From Bigelowiella natans CCMP2755 (lineage: Eukaryota; Protista; Cercozoa), in the NCBI GenBank assembly GCA_000320545.1, contig ADNK01000002.1, positions 62,001 to 126,000 of the forward strand: DNA of 64,000 nucleotides, written 5' to 3'. The first letter of the stretch is position 1; each line of letters opens with the position of its first letter. Position numbers and translations under genes: made by a program. The notes below the pieces were generated by a model, which saw only the letters and a list, made by a program, of their open reading frames with translations, was not told the origin of the DNA and searched no databases. This document shows, piece by piece, positions 25,254 through 40,448 of the stretch.

Positions 25254-25950
25254 CCTCGTGCTGGAGGGGGATAGATCAAACTAAATTCAGATTACCCTTT
25301 TACAATGTGCGACAATGAAGTCATTGACGCTATGAGATAACACAACGAAACTATCGGGAAAATGATGATTCTTGAAATAAAGAGGTAGATTCACCTTAGT
25401 TTGGCATGTCATCTCACCATCTTCACATCCGCCAAAAAGTAGGTTCTTCCAGCAGCAAGAAGCTTCAATAATATCAATGGGGGGTATTCACGTGGCTCTG
25501 TCTTCACCTACCCTCGAACAGTTTGGACATGATTTTGGTGCCATTTTTACCTAAGATATGAATACGATCCAACAATTTCTGCAAAAAGGAACATGTGCGC
25601 GCACACAAAACCTTTGGTACCGGTGAAATATCGCATTGATAATTGTCTGGATTTCGTGCCATATTTTAACAAATAAATGAACATAATGCAAAATCCCCCT
25701 TCTTGGAGTTTGGGGTTGGCAGCGTTAGGATTTCCTCGTAAGATCGGCAATCTTCTTAGCTTTCATGTTGGTTTGAAAAAATCCCTGATATTTATCTTTT
25801 TTTAGCTCCAACATCGTAAATTATTGCCATAAGTGCAGAGTAATTTGAATAAATTAATCACTTGAAGCGTGGAGAAAGTCTCACTCTCACATCGTCAACG
25901 CGTTAACCCAACCCCCCCAAAGAGCACAACGTTCCAATCACACTGCTTGC

Positions 25951-26340
25951 ATGATTCGAGCTGCACTTCAACGACTTGGAAACTTCTCTACGAAAAACCT
26001 TCGTAGTCATTATCCCCGAAATCCTCCATCTCATCGTCAGTGCCATTTTCTGTCCCCGAAAAGGATGCACCCTGAGTCCCAGGTATCGGCGCGCGCGCGT
26101 GTAAAAAGTGTCTTGGAAACTGAGCTGTGAGTAGAGCTAGAGAGATACTGATTACGTTTATTATTGGTAGACATTCAATTCTTATCGGACTTTACCAGCA
26201 TTACTCTCCTCAATCGCTTTGTGCGCCTTCGCGGGTGCTACGCCTCTACTTAAAACCATTTTCCAGGACAAAGACGACTTGTGGATGTCGTGGTACGACG
26301 CCATTCTGCAAACTCATCAACAACGTTACTTTGTCCTTGA
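25951..26340 (+). CDS. Possible small (~89 aa) three-exon protein with a mitochondrial-presequence-like start
   Basis: MIRAALQRLGNFSTKNLRSHYPR...ESQ|TFNSYRTLPALLSSIALCAFA|GQRRLVDVVVRR...* using GT-AG introns 26083-26170 and ~26235-26266. No homology recognised. Confidence 0.3.
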
Positions 26341-26844
26341 AGAGCCCCAAAAAAATTAGGCAGCTTATATTTAATAGTTAGAATATATTTATTAATAAGA
26401 ACATGACACAGCCCTTGCGCTCCGGGAAATCTACGTTGAGATGCCAAACTTCTCAGCAATAAGAATTCGACGTCAAATTGTACAGAGCACAGTCCTGACT
26501 CAATAAAAGTGTACATAGAAATGAAGCAAAATCAATCACTAAAGCTATACTGAAAATGTCAAAAATTAATCGTGGCTCTCGAGTTACAGCTGATTGTTTA
26601 CAGACGAAACAAAGTGAAGAAAAATGAGCGGCGAAATGGACTGCATCATTTCACGTTTTGTCTGATGGAGAAACCATGAAAATCAAGATCAATAATGAAT
26701 AAGTCAAATCATGAAAGTTGTTAAGCATCGAGAAGCAACTAGTAAGAATGTCAACATGGAAATCCTGGAGACTGTGATTGTCTTCACGATCGGCAACGAA
26801 AGATTTCAATGGTGCTGCTGTGTGCAGTTTTTTAGCACGTAGAA

Positions 26845-28950
26845 ACATTTTTTCAAGTGCATGAATGGTTCAAATTCATGTCAGTGATGATCGAAAAGAA
26901 TCGATGTGCACACATGAATGATCGTTTCTAGGCAACGCCTTGCTGAACAATGCATGCAGCATCGTGTGCAATGTGATGCATCACCTGGTAGCACGTCTGG
27001 GGGCACCAGACGCACAGATCTAGACCTGGATGCCTGCAAGTGGAGCATTGGGAATCATCACGTGCAGCCTGTGGGTCGGCAGCTAGCAGCAGTCCATGCC
27101 AGTCTAGCAGTGCTAGCAGTGGTCATCTAGGCACGCCAGCATGCTTGTGATCTCTGGATCTGGTCATGACGATCCCGCCGACGCACGTGCAGCATCGCAG
27201 ACGCAAACAACAACATGCTAGCTGTCATGCCAAACTGAGCGAGCGTGGACACGAGAGATGGGTCGATCCACAGGCGATGTGAGTCACAAAGCGTGTGTGT
27301 TTGAACTCTGATCACGTGCAACTTGCTCTGCACATTGTCGTGCTGCTCCACAGCTAGACAGCTCAGACAGCTCAGACAGGCCGAAATGCCGAACTGGCGA
27401 AGCACTTCGAATTTGTGTCGAACGCGCTTTGGAACCATCGAGAACTCACTCAGAAACTCCCGACAGTTTTGTCCAGGCGAGTCCACCTCAGTTCCGTGCG
27501 CGTCAAGTCTTCGGTTCCGAATCGGACTCCCACAGCTAGCACAGCTAGACAGGTGACCTCCACGCGTGTCTCGATGGACGTTCGTCCGGCGGCACTCAGT
27601 TCTCCCTGGCTCCTGTGGTTCTGACACGTTTGGACGTCGTCAAGAGGGTCATTGTCACTTTTTTTGTTGTTGCACCATCGTTCTTGTTGTCATTGTGGTT
27701 GTTCGGACAGACAGTGCAACACCTCCCTCAACCAGTCAAGCCCGAAGGACAACACCCACGTGGCAGGCAGGTCTGGCAGGTGCTCTGTTCACAAGTCTGC
27801 GATGCACTTCACCTCGTTGGGCTTCGAGCTTCGAGAGTTCCGTGAGACTCGTGCCTTGCTGTCATCCTTTTCCAACGTCCCCGCGTTGTGTCCCATTTGG
27901 GGCACTTTCACCCTGGAAAAGGACACCCCATTCACAGCAGCGTCTCTCTGTTGACGTGCCTTTTGCCGTTCGGTCAGCGGTGGGGAAAGCTAGAAAGGGT
28001 CTTTTGTCCCGCCACGCCAGCACGGTGTCGCGTGCTGGCGTGTGGTCATCCCACGTGAGTGCATCGAAGTCTTCAGTGATCGAACGTCAAGTGCGTGCGA
28101 ACATCATCCTGGAGGGTTTCACCTCGGAGAAGACTCTGGACCGTGCTGGCGTGCAAGTTGCACGACGTTGCCACTTTGCTCCTTCCCACTTGCTTCGCAA
28201 CGCGACGTTCGTTTTCGTGGTTTCTCACGACGATCCTTTCAATTGCTCCAATGGAAACACTTCTTTCCTTCTTGCTTTCTTTCTTCTCTCTTGGCTTTTG
28301 CTGCCACTTCGCACTGTTGTTCGTTCCTGCATTTGTCACGTGTTGCACCTTGGTTTGTCCGCGCGCGTTGCCGCACAAGTGACGTCACCAGCAGCACGAG
28401 CAAGCTGCAGGAGGGTCTTCATTCAGGTGCAATGAACGCTCCTCCTTTTTCCCCTTTTGAAACTTGGCACACGGGACAGCAGAGTGATGTGACGTCACTG
28501 CACTTTCACGAGGCAGGCTGGTAGGTGCTTTGACTGGCTGAGTCTCGCTGGCTCGACTTGCAAGACGGTGCAGTGAAACAACAATTGCACTTTTTCATTG
28601 GTCATCCCAATGTGGCTGTGCAATGCCACGGCCACAACGCTGATGTTGCATCCACTTGTTTCCGTTGTGATGTCGTTCACGCTTGCAAACGATTGTTCTT
28701 GTTGCACCCCATTCGTTGTCACTTTGTTCCAAAACGTCACGAATCCTCCACTGAACAGACCACGTTGCTTCGTGAAGGTGAGGCTGTCAAGCTGGATGTG
28801 CCTCAAACAAGAAAAACAGAAGGAGAGAAAGAGGCACAAAGGAGTGGGGCGTGAAGCAATCGCAGCGTTGTGAAGGTTGTGGGCAAACAAACAAACGTGA
28901 TGATGGACAATGCTCCTCTTCCTCAACTTGCACGCACTCAAATGACTCAC
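26845..28950. other. TpA-depleted, CTAG-retaining intergenic tract 3 (most extreme)
   Basis: Only two non-CTAG TA found in 2.1 kb (GTAG at ~26989 and ~28522). Confidence 0.92.
28582..28645 (-). repeat. Dispersed repeat family B, inverted copy 3
   Basis: Reverse complement catcagcgttgtggccgtggcattgcacagccacattgggatgaccaatgaaaaagtgcaattg aligns with 20661-20734 and 20931-20993. Confidence 0.8.
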
Positions 28951-29159
28951 TACATCGCATCGATGTTATTGTCGCACCTTGCAAAATACCTGCATTACAG
29001 ACTTCATCCTGCAAAAACCGGCCAACACCCACACGCGATTCGGCCTGATGGAGGGCAAGCAGGCCCCAGCGGTACTTCTCCAGATACACCTCCTTCTCTC
29101 ATAAATTAAGGTTCACCTGTCTGCTGCTTTATGTATTTGTAATATGTTAATACTAGGGG

Positions 29160-29557
29160 ATGAGTCTGGAGGACATTGATGCGCAAGAGGCCGCCATGAA
29201 CCGAGAGGTAAGATGATCAACATCAGGATTAGAAAGGGTCTTTGAATGAAAATATTGCGACAATGGTAAGGTAATGGGCCTTGATATTGCCAACGAATTA
29301 AGCGGCGAGCTGGATATCAACATGGCGGAGATTGATTTCAGGTTCAGCAAATCTTGTTTATTATCTTGACGGTGCATGTCAAATATTCTTGTGCGATGAT
29401 GGCATTTCAACCATAACATTGCCAACGATCACAGTGAGGTGGACGACGATCTCAAAAAGTTTCAAGAAGATGAAATAGTAAAGGTTATTACGTTTTCAAC
29501 CAAAAGAAATTATGTTAAAATGCAGAAGAAGACGTGATGGAAGAATCCTCATTATCA

Positions 29558-29589
<32 letters not shown>

Positions 29590-30370
29590 CCATCATCATT
29601 ATCATGATTACTAATATTCCAGGATGCATTGCAAAGAGGAGTGGATCTTGGAAACTATGCAAGACAAATTGAGAGTCAATTACGAGGAACTGAAAAGGTA
29701 GTGGTGGTGATTAATGATGATGAGAATTATTAGAGCTTGTTCATTCCTAAGATAGCAGCAGCTGCAGGGTTATGTATGTATGTGTCTCTGAACCCCTTAT
29801 TATTCCCCTAATAATATGGCAGTAAATTATTCATTGCTGGAGTAGTAGGTCAAACATGATTATCTATTTGAATATTAGGACAGTGTTGGGGATTACATGA
29901 AGAACAGCACGGATGTTGCCGGTTTTTTAGATAATTAAATACACACTGATAATGATCCGATCATCATCTTAAAATAATACTGTTACTTAGTCGATGATTA
30001 CATTATTATGTAATCATGTCGATCGTCATCATCTTTCAATGATGGTTATCTTCGCAACAATACTACAGATCTCCACCTCTCGATAAAGTCATGCGACAGC
30101 GTGTTGGAACGTATGGAACATATGCTAACAAAGTTCCAAGATGATTTAGGGAAAGTATCTAGTGAAATTAAACACCTCCAGGTCTGCCTGCACCTTTCTT
30201 CCACCTAGCAGCAGCAGCAGCAAACGACAGTAGTAGTAGTAGTAGTTATAACTGAAATTCTTATAGCACTATATCCGAACAACATGAGATACTACTATTA
30301 ACTGCTTGGTGATACTACTACATCGTAGGATAAGAGCATGACCATGAGGGTCAAATTGAAGAATCGCAAG

Positions 30371-30402
<32 letters not shown>

Positions 30403-31710
30403 GTCTTTGTTAAGTAGTAATAGTAGTAGTAGTCGGAAAATAATGATGAGAAATGACTGAAGGGTGTGAATGAGGATATTCCTCTTTAACTAGTAGTTGT
30501 ACGTGTTGTTCAGACTGTACACAAGGACTTAGATACATACGTCAAACGGATTTATGTGTCGCCATCTCTGATTCAGAGCATATACGAGGCGGAAATCAAA
30601 GATCAGTATGAACAACCATGATCTCCTGCTGAGAAATGATGATGATGATGATGATAATGATGATGATAATGAGTGTGCAGTAATTCATTGAACGTATTTT
30701 GTAGGTACATCTCAAATCTGCAAGAATTGGATGAGAAAATCCAATATTTGAATCGATTAGGCAAGGAAGGGAGGCTTGATAAGGTAGCACTAGTAGCAGT
30801 CTTGCTTCATCTTCCAGTAGGAGGAATCAAACGTAAAGCATCATCATCGTCATTGGGCACTAAAAACAGCTGCTGTGTATGTAATTAAAAAACATGATCA
30901 GGCTGCAAAAGATATGGTCCCTCTTTGTCAACGAGCACAAGTAATAATACTACTACAAACGACGAACCATATTGAATTATCATAAGAATAAGAAGAATAG
31001 AATAGAGAAGAATTATTACAACTAACTCCCTCCCGTCGTACGTCTTTTAAATGCTGCTGCTGCTGCTGTTACGAAGGTCAAAGCTGTGTCACGTATCCGT
31101 GATTTCTTGTTAAAGAAGATCTATTTGTTGAAAAAACCTCAAACAAATATCCAGGTTGGCTGATTGATTCACACTTATGATCAAACATGGAATTATATTA
31201 CACACGCACGACTACCTATGCCCCTTTCCTCCCCCCTTCTCACACGCACACGCTCTTTATTCACCGCTTACATAGAACAGCATGCGATAAATATTTTATT
31301 TGTAGATGATGAATATTTTCGCCTCATCATCATCACCATCATCGTCACCACCAGTAGCAGCGCCCTCCTCACCTTATCTTCTCTTGCAATTTCTCATCAG
31401 ATCAAACAAAACTTGCTCTTGCGATTCAAGTATCTGTATATATTTTGCCGTAAGCATGCACCAACAACCGCAGAAGAGATTCAAACGGTGGTGATGGAAC
31501 TGTAGTAGTAGTAGTAGTAGTAGTAGTAAGTAAGTAATAGCAGTAATAGTAGTAATAGCATGCCATGGTAATAGTAGTAGTGTGCAAGTAATAGTTGCAT
31601 TCAAGTTTCCCATTACCAGCAATGGAGGCTGTTTCTGTATTTCAGATTTAATTGTTTAAACATCAATAATACTATTTTATATTGTGTATTTGCTAATGCT
31701 ATACTCCTCG

Positions 31711-31746
<36 letters not shown>

Positions 31747-33111
31747 CGCTATTACTATTACTATTACTATTACTAGTATTGCATATTGCAAAATTTGATG
31801 TGGTTGCTTTGGTATTATGAAGCTTGTATCACATATTATATTAAGGATGAATAGGTCAGATACATCAGCACGATCATCATGATCAACATTGCGCGCGCGT
31901 GTGTGTGTGTGTCTAAATGAATTATTAGGTGTATATTGACACTATCAAAAAGATTTATACTTCGCACTTCAAACTGGTGCACTGCCTTCATTGTGATACA
32001 TCGATACGATTCTTGGATACGATTCTTGAACAACGACAGCATTTCATCATTCATACCTGCTTCTCCTCCTCCTCCTCCTCCTCCTCCTCCTCCTCCTCCT
32101 TCTGCACTAAATCAAGTGGATGCTGATGAGCATTATATGACGATTGTTTCAAGTTTTGTTGTATTATGTAAAATATGAACGATATCTAACTCTACCACCA
32201 CCACCACCACAGTACCTCAACTCCCTGATGAAGCTACGAGCTTCTTCTGTGGTAACCAAAGGGGATCTTCTAGGTAGTTATCATTGTCATCATCATCATT
32301 ATCATCATCATATCAATTTACTATTCTTATCATTGTTAAGGGCTAGATGAGGCAAAATCAGGAGGGATGTTCTCTCTCCGAAAGGTAGTAGGTGCTGCTG
32401 CTGTTGTGTGTGTTTTTGATGATGATGATGATGATGATGATGGAGAGAGGGTACGAAGAGATCAAGCCCACCACGTGCTACTACTCTACTACTACTGCTA
32501 CTACTATTACAATCTGTGATGATGTTGTAGTGCGTGTAAATATATTATAAGAATACCATGGTCTAGGTGGGTAGGAAATCTCATTCTGTGTTGTTGTTGT
32601 TGTTGTTTTACATTATACCTACTGCTGCTACTCCTCCTCCTCCTCCACCACCACCTCCTCCTCCCTGAAAAGAGCAAACTCCATCTCGAACGAGTTTTCA
32701 TGCTGGGTAGTACGTACTACTATCACTGCACAAACAATTAGCATACATCATCATAATTATTAAAATAGTCTGCGTGTCAAACATACATAATAACACACAA
32801 CGTCGTAGTAGCACTAGTAGTAGTGTTGATTCTAGAATATATTATCAGTGTGTGCCTGCAGCTATTGCTACTGCTTTTTTTACCTTGACACTCCTCTTTC
32901 ACATATTATTCTTTCTTCGGATTGATGGTGTTTGGTAGTTGATATTGATATGTCTGATATTGATGCTGATTCATGGTCTAATTCCTCTTTCTTTCTCTTC
33001 TTCAAGGAAATCGTGATGCCATCCTGTCAAATATTGACAAGCCTCCCATTATTTACCATACAGCTGCAAAACGAGGACATAAGTAACTATAAGATACATT
33101 TGCCGCTAATT

Positions 33112-33147
<36 letters not shown>

Positions 33148-33870
33148 AATATCCGAGTACTATAAGAATAACGACGAACCCTAATGAATAATGTCCAGAA
33201 AGAGCCCACGAATCGCAGTTTTTCTCGATAGGTTGGTGTGAGTTGTACCAGATGATGATAATCGTACTTGTACTTGTTTTTAGATTCCCCTACCAAGAGA
33301 TATTCCGCACCACCCACAGACTGCTCATGGATACGGTATGATTATAGATCACGATGATGAGAAGAACAAGAAGAAGAAGGAGGAGGAGGAGAGAACGATG
33401 ACTTGTCATGTCACAACTACTTTAGCCATTATCATCATCATCATCATCATCATCATCTTCTTCTTCTTCTTCTTCATTATAATACTCTTGTTTGCACCAT
33501 TATTAACTCATAACTTAGGCAACGACTGAAACAGCTTTTATAGCCGATTTTTTTACTGATAGTGATGCTAAGATATCCGGGGTAGGAGGAGACGCTAGGG
33601 TACAATACCTACCATAATTATGTAGGAGGAGGAGGATAACTATATAAATAGATGATGCTGATTATGAGGAAGAGAGGGGGAGGAAGATAATATATCTGAA
33701 TAATGTTACCTAATGATCCAATGACTAACTACTATCAACATCATCATTATCATCATCATCACCATCATCATATTTTTAGTGGGCTGCCAAACAGGAAATG
33801 ATTCTCTTTGAAAGCATTTTCAACAAAACAACATCGTTGTTCATTGAGGTAGCAAGGAGCAAACCATGTA

Positions 33871-33905
<35 letters not shown>

Positions 33906-33948
33906 TGTGTTCCCCTCCATCCACATGTAATAGAGATAACCGAAGTGA

Positions 33949-33982
<34 letters not shown>

Positions 33983-34531
33983 GGTGGTAGTAAAAATGTG
34001 TCAGCCAACAAAGTGTTTGGCAGATGTGTGTGGATTATAATCTTATCAATGCAGCAATCATGTGTCGCTCATGATCATCATCTCTTTTAACGACGATGAT
34101 GATGATGATGATGACTAAGGATCAACATCACTGATATACCAACCATCTTCTACTGCAGCATCATAATTCAGCATCTAGAAGACAGTACTTATGAAAAACC
34201 ATCATCATCATCATCATCATGATCATATTCTGTTCTATTACTTGTACGACATAATATACTCAGAATCTTGAGCAGTATTTATCCAAAACCTACGACTGTC
34301 TAGGTAGTAGTAGTAGTAATAGTAATAGTAGTAGTACTCAAGCAGCAGCAGCAGCGGGAGGAGGAGGAGGAGGAGGAGTATTAACCGTGTCTTCCCTCCA
34401 TCGTTGATATAATGATCAATAAATAAATAAATACCACACCAAAGATTAGTAGTAGCATCAACACTACAACATGGAATTTTGCTCTTAACTTCCTCCTCCT
34501 CCTCCTCCTCCTCCTCCTATACATTACTACT

Positions 34532-34565
<34 letters not shown>

Positions 34566-34899
34566 GCTACTACCCAGAGCTGCTGATTCTTGTCCGTGTC
34601 GTCAGCTTGCATACACAGGTACATATACTACAATAATGCTGTATTATTAGTGTCATTATTATTATTTTTATTATAACTACTACAACGACTACAACTGCTA
34701 CTTGGTTCTAGATGATGAGACAGCGGCAGACGGAGTGCTTGGATATGTTTTTTGATCGGATCAACATGCTACTTTGGCCTAGGTGCTGCTCTCAGTACAA
34801 TATCTAATTATTTATATGGGTGCTCCTTTATAGGAAGGGAGGATGGTGATATACACCAACATTCTAGTAGAATGCTATTTGTGTTTCTATGTCCATCTG

Positions 34900-34931
<32 letters not shown>

Positions 34932-36791
34932 GTTATCGTCAATTATTATGACTATATACTACTACTTTATCAACAACAGATTCAAAGTTGTTCTTGACTC
35001 TCATCTTGCAAGCATAAAGTAGTAGTAGCAGTAGGTAGTAGTAGGTGCTGTATATAGGGGTATGTGAGAAGAAGAAAACATGGTTGATCGTGATAATGAT
35101 GATGCTCTGAATGAATGCATGAATGAATGATATCCTTTGTGGGGACCTCTATTATTAACTACTACTCCTATTATCACTACCATCAACCAGGAACATCCGT
35201 ACAAACTCTGTTGTTTCGAGGGGTGATATGTCGCCTTTCTTCTTATCTCCAAGATATGCTGAATTTGCCTCTGGTAGTAAGTAAGTAGGAGCAGTTGTTG
35301 TTGTTGTTGTTGTTGTCGTTGTAGTAGTAGCAGTAGGAGGAGGAGGAGGAGGAGGAGTAGAAGGCAATGTATTATGTGAAAATGATAGAATTGCTACGGG
35401 GAAACGTGCAAGTGTTGTGTAATCATAGAATCATCATCATCAACTTCATCATCATCACCATCATTTTCTTCTTCTTTTTTTCTTCTCTTCTCTTTAATGT
35501 ATTGCTGGATGATGTACTACTACCGCTACCAGGGAATCGATATCCTCAGCAAAGAATATCAAGACTCAATCATCACTTCCAACATGGGTTGTTGCATTGA
35601 TATGTTTATACACAACTACTAAAATAACTCGTCATTCCCCCCCCCCCCCCCTCTCTCTCTCTCTTAGATGTATGTTGTCTTGTGATATCACCAACCAAAT
35701 GTGTGCTCAGATAGTGATGATCGTAATGATATTGAAAGATGACGATGTTGACGTTGGTGTGCGAGTACAACTGAGCTGCGCTATTGCTGCTGCTATGGAT
35801 TGATGATACTAGGACGAATACGGGAAGCTGTGGGGAAACTTCTAGAAACTCTGGCGGTGCGAGTAGGATCTGACTCGAAAAGGACAGAAATTGTGTTCTT
35901 AATTAACAATTATGACACGATTCTCAAGGTATAAAAACTAGGCGGTCAGTTTGATTAGATGATGATGATGATGATGATGATGATTTTTGGAAACAATCGA
36001 ATCGTTGAAGATATGGAAATGCATCGGTACATTTTTGGTTGTTTGATTAGGTATTTGATGACAAAAACCTCGAATCTGAAACAGCGAAAAGCTTCAAAGA
36101 AAAGTTGCACAACCAAGTAGCTAAATATGTTGAGGTAGTACACCACACATTTATACTACTACTACTACTACTACTACTACTACATCCACGTGCAAACATC
36201 TCCCTCTTCCTCCTCTTTTTCAATGGCCTTTTCGCTATCACGATCCTCCTCCTCGTCATCTTCGTCAATATGAGATCTAGAGATATGTGCTTCATCGTCA
36301 GAAGTCATATCAATATGTCACAATAAGATTCCTTACTTCTTTCTCTGTGCTGCCTTGATAATAGATGGAATTAAGGAACTGTTTCTCTAAGTTAATTGAG
36401 TTTGTAAGGAGCTCTGAGCAGAAGGTAGTAGTAGTAGTAGTAGTAGTAGTAGCAGTAGTGAGTACCTAGCTGCTGCTACTGGTGGGGGTGGTGCACGGAT
36501 ATGGATCGATCACAATTCCCAATAAAGGCAGCAATTAGATGATAATAATAATAATGATATTAATAAGAATAATAATGCATGTTCGTTACACCTATATCTG
36601 ATGGGAAGTATGATGTTTTTTCTTGATCTTCTTCATCATCATCTTCTACTTCATCACTTCAGGTAGCAGAGGCCGTTGACAAGAAGATCAAGATGCCAAC
36701 ACTAGTAAGAACACGTCAATTTTCAACTGCTTATAGTTGTCTGTTTATTCATCTAATCGATTGGTTCGCATTGAATTACTATTTACTACCA

Positions 36792-36836
<45 letters not shown>

Positions 36837-37684
36837 AATATATATATCAAAGTAGCACTAGCAGCAGCAGCTATTATTTATAACACCACTATTTGAACAT
36901 GCACATCATTATCGTGATCGTTTTCTCTACTACGTGTGGTTGTTGTAGGATCTCGAAACAGGGGCGGAAATAGTTCGTTCATTCCGACAAGGGTAATAAT
37001 ACGTTACTATGCCATCATAAATGCTGCTGCTGCTTTCTTCCGCACACACATAAAAACTTTAGAAGGTTAGTGCTTGAATTGTTGGCCTTTCCAACAGCAT
37101 TTCGAGCAGCAGCATCTTGGCTATGGTGCTGCTGCTACGATTGTTTATTATCCCACCAGCAGCTATCTTATCATCACCTATTCCTTTTCTTTATCTCCTT
37201 CAGCTGGCAAAACAAAGTCGCCCAGATTGATCTGCACGTTAATTCGGATTTCTCTTCCAGGAACACTGGACACGAGGTAGTATTAGTAATTAAGTCAGCA
37301 ATATCTAACATAATTTTGTTAAAACGATTTTGTATCGTGAATTCTGTGTATCATCATCATAAATCCTGTTTCCAAAGTGTGTTGGCATCCATTTATATCA
37401 CAGGGTACCGGGAAAGCTTCGGAGATTTTAAAGCAAATATTGATCCAGCTTGTCCTCTACTACCAACGGCTTCAGGTGCTGCTTCTAAGTCGTGCATATG
37501 TTCTTGTTTCTCACTTGCTCCTCCCTTATGGTGCTTGAGAGTTGTTGTTGTTGTTGTTGTTGTTGTTGTCACCTTTCAGGAGGTTGTGAAGAAGTGCTAC
37601 CGTCGATCTCCATCTTTCATGAAGGATCTCGTACCTATTCCTACAATAATGCATGAGATTAAAAAGTATGGAAGCAGCCGGTAA
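29160..37684 (+). CDS. VPS52: Vacuolar protein sorting 52 (GARP/EARP tethering complex subunit), about 30 small exons
   Basis: Spliced peptides EVDDDLKKFQEDEIVK-DALQRGVDLGNYARQIE, DLHLSIKSCDSVLERMEHMLTKFQDDLGKVSSEIKHLQ-DKSMTMRVKLKNRK, KAVSRIRDFLLKKIYLLKKPQTNIQ, FLINNYDTIL and LVPIPTIMHEIKKY* are characteristic of Vps52. The start ATG at 29160 is inferred. Confidence 0.93.
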
Positions 37685-37829
37685 ATACCTTGATCGCTTT
37701 TCAACGTTTATAGGATGGAATTGCTGTACTTTCTAACCGCAATACCGTGTCATTATTAGTTGAGCATAGAAATTAGGACATATTAAAACATCAAAGTGTA
37801 TTCTAAACAGTGACATACATGACATCAGT

Positions 37830-38400
37830 TAGTTATAGATTATCAGCCCGCATGATGCGCGCGACAAAGCTGGTGCTGAGCGAGCAATAGAGAGCACAAA
37901 CTGTATGTTTTGCAAAGTATTCAGCCGGTCCAACGTTGAAACCCATCACATTGTTCCAGCGTGCATGTAGCAGACTAAGACTAATAAATATACGCATTTG
38001 ATCAATAAGCGCTACAGCAGCGTAACTCTAGAACTAGCTTAGATGAAGCTTACTTGTGGTGTCACCGTAAGAATTGCCTTGCTACTCCCTCTTTAGCTCA
38101 TTGTGACACCAGGCCATCTAGCCATCCCTACTAGATGCAAGCATGCTAGACTTGGCGCATCGAACTGTTGTCATGTGCAGATCGATACATGCGCAGTTGT
38201 GCATACATGTTGACGTACTTGTTGAATGGGCTTGCACACACACACACACACGCCAATCGTATCATTTCTGCTGCTCACATGATTGTCATTGAATAGGTAA
38301 GTAACAATACAAACAAATGCTATGCCACTTGCTACGATGCTTTGCTGATATTGTAAATGAACAGCCCTCATGCACATAGCACTGACAGTTTGTATGGCTG
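37830..38400. other. Weakly TpA-depleted, RY-alternating tract between the convergent VPS52 and SEC8 ends
   Basis: Clusters of gcatgc, ctag and tgca (e.g. 38117-38250), with TA reduced but not absent. Confidence 0.5.
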
Positions 38401-38512
38401 GATTAACTCAGCAAGATTCACAGAAATATGTTCTACATAACTCATAATATGATTTTATATGATTGATGGAGTGTATCCTCCATTGCCCGTCATCATCATT
38501 GCTACATCACTT

Positions 38513-39291
38513 TCACATATCAGCAGCGTTATTTGCTCTGTAAGCCTTTGTGATAGCCTCATACTCCGTTTGAGAGAATTTCTTTGGATTTTCATGGCGA
38601 AATTGTTCTTGATCTTCCAAAGACATATTGATGAGCTCAAAGTAGCTTCTTGCACGATCAAAACAACTGCCAGAGCTCTTCACAATGTTGGTGAGATTTT
38701 GTTGTAGAGCATATAGATTTCTAGTAATCTGGAGAACTCCGTCCCTATGATAATACAGATGAAGGAGAAGAAGAATGACTATTGTTACCAGCTCAAATAA
38801 TAAGATATTGTGATTATGTTTATTCGCTGCTCTTATTGAGTTAGAAGCAGTAGCAACACACACACGCACACACATACGCACACACACACATACGCACACA
38901 CGCAATCACACTTACCTTGTAATTCGTCGATGAGCGATAAGCGGAAGCGTACGGATCATTATCGAGCACATTAGTTGGTCAAGTCCAGAGAAAACATATC
39001 GGACTTTCTCTTCATCAAGATACTTGCATATTGCATCTTCAATGCCAGTCAAATCTCTGCAAAAGAAGAGGAAAAGGATGTTGATGTGGATGATGACTGT
39101 TCTCAAGCGACAGGTAACAACGTGCATCATCACAATATGATATGTTTGTGACAAGAAGACAAGTACTTGTTTAACTCAACAACGAAAGCTTCAGGTTGCA
39201 GGGACTCGTCTTTGAGTGCATAGCTGAACAACGAGAAGATAATAAACAACACACGTCACGACTCATAACAGACGACGACATGAGATGCTGT

Positions 39292-39322
<31 letters not shown>

Positions 39323-39824
39323 CTCAAAAATATGGTATTTATAGGATAGATAGTATCTGTCGTTCGTATGTATGTTGTACTGTCATCATATTACTCTGCC
39401 TTCGCCATAGCTGCAAGATGGAAAAAACAATGCATCTGCACCTCCACTCGCAAGGTAAACAAGCATCTGTGTAGTAATAGTAGTAGTAGTAGTAGTAGTA
39501 GTAGTAGCAGCAGCAGTAGTAACAATGTACAAGAGTCAGATGCAGTAGTAGTAGTAGTAGTAGTAGTAGTAGTTGTAGTAGTGGTAGTAGAGTAAACATC
39601 AATTACGGTGGCATGGTAGGTAGATAGTCGCAAGTTCGCAACAACAACAATAATAACAACAACAACAGTGGATTGATTGATTGATTAATTCCTTTATTGA
39701 TTCTTACTCATGTCCTCTACTAGTGCTCAACTACCTCTCTGCCAACTGCTGAAATCTCTGAGCTACTTGATACGTTTTTCTTTCGACCATTCCTGCTGTT
39801 CCTATGGTAGTAGTACAACCTTGC

Positions 39825-39859
<35 letters not shown>

Positions 39860-40402
39860 TAATATCAAAATAACTAATACTGTACTACAACTACTAGTAG
39901 TAGTATTTGCATAAGGTGCAGATAGAAATCGGCCAATCCTTATTCTTACATGAAGCGTAACGAGTGAGTAGTAGTAGTGGTAGTAGTAGTAGTAGTACCC
40001 TTAAGTTTGCTTTCTGTGGAGGTTCCTCCTCCTCCCCCCCCCCCTCCTCGGTAGAATCGTCGACTCCCGCTACCTTGTCCAGAGTTATTACTGCTGACGT
40101 TGTGATATCTAAGAAGAACAACAAGAAGAAGACGAACAACAAAGACAAAGAGAGAGAGAGAGAGAGAGAGAGAGGGGGAGAGAGTAACGAGTTGTTGTTA
40201 TTGATCGGTAAAAAGCACCAACAACAACTATGACTGTCGCCACTCAGTATACTACTACTTATTATTCAAATATTACTGTCTTCTGCAGATGAATGAACGT
40301 CGAGACGAAAATGTTTTCCTGTCGCTCTAATAATAATAATTCAAATAAATGCAACACAACATCATCATCAAATCACGGAGGATAAGAATCCAATGGTACA
40401 TA

Positions 40403-40448
<46 letters not shown>

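Noticed and set aside
27566-28435. 289-aa ORF and overlapping ORFs in tract 3 as real genes
   Set aside because: They are open in several frames only because TAA/TAG are missing; no Tyr, no domain and no clear splice structure.
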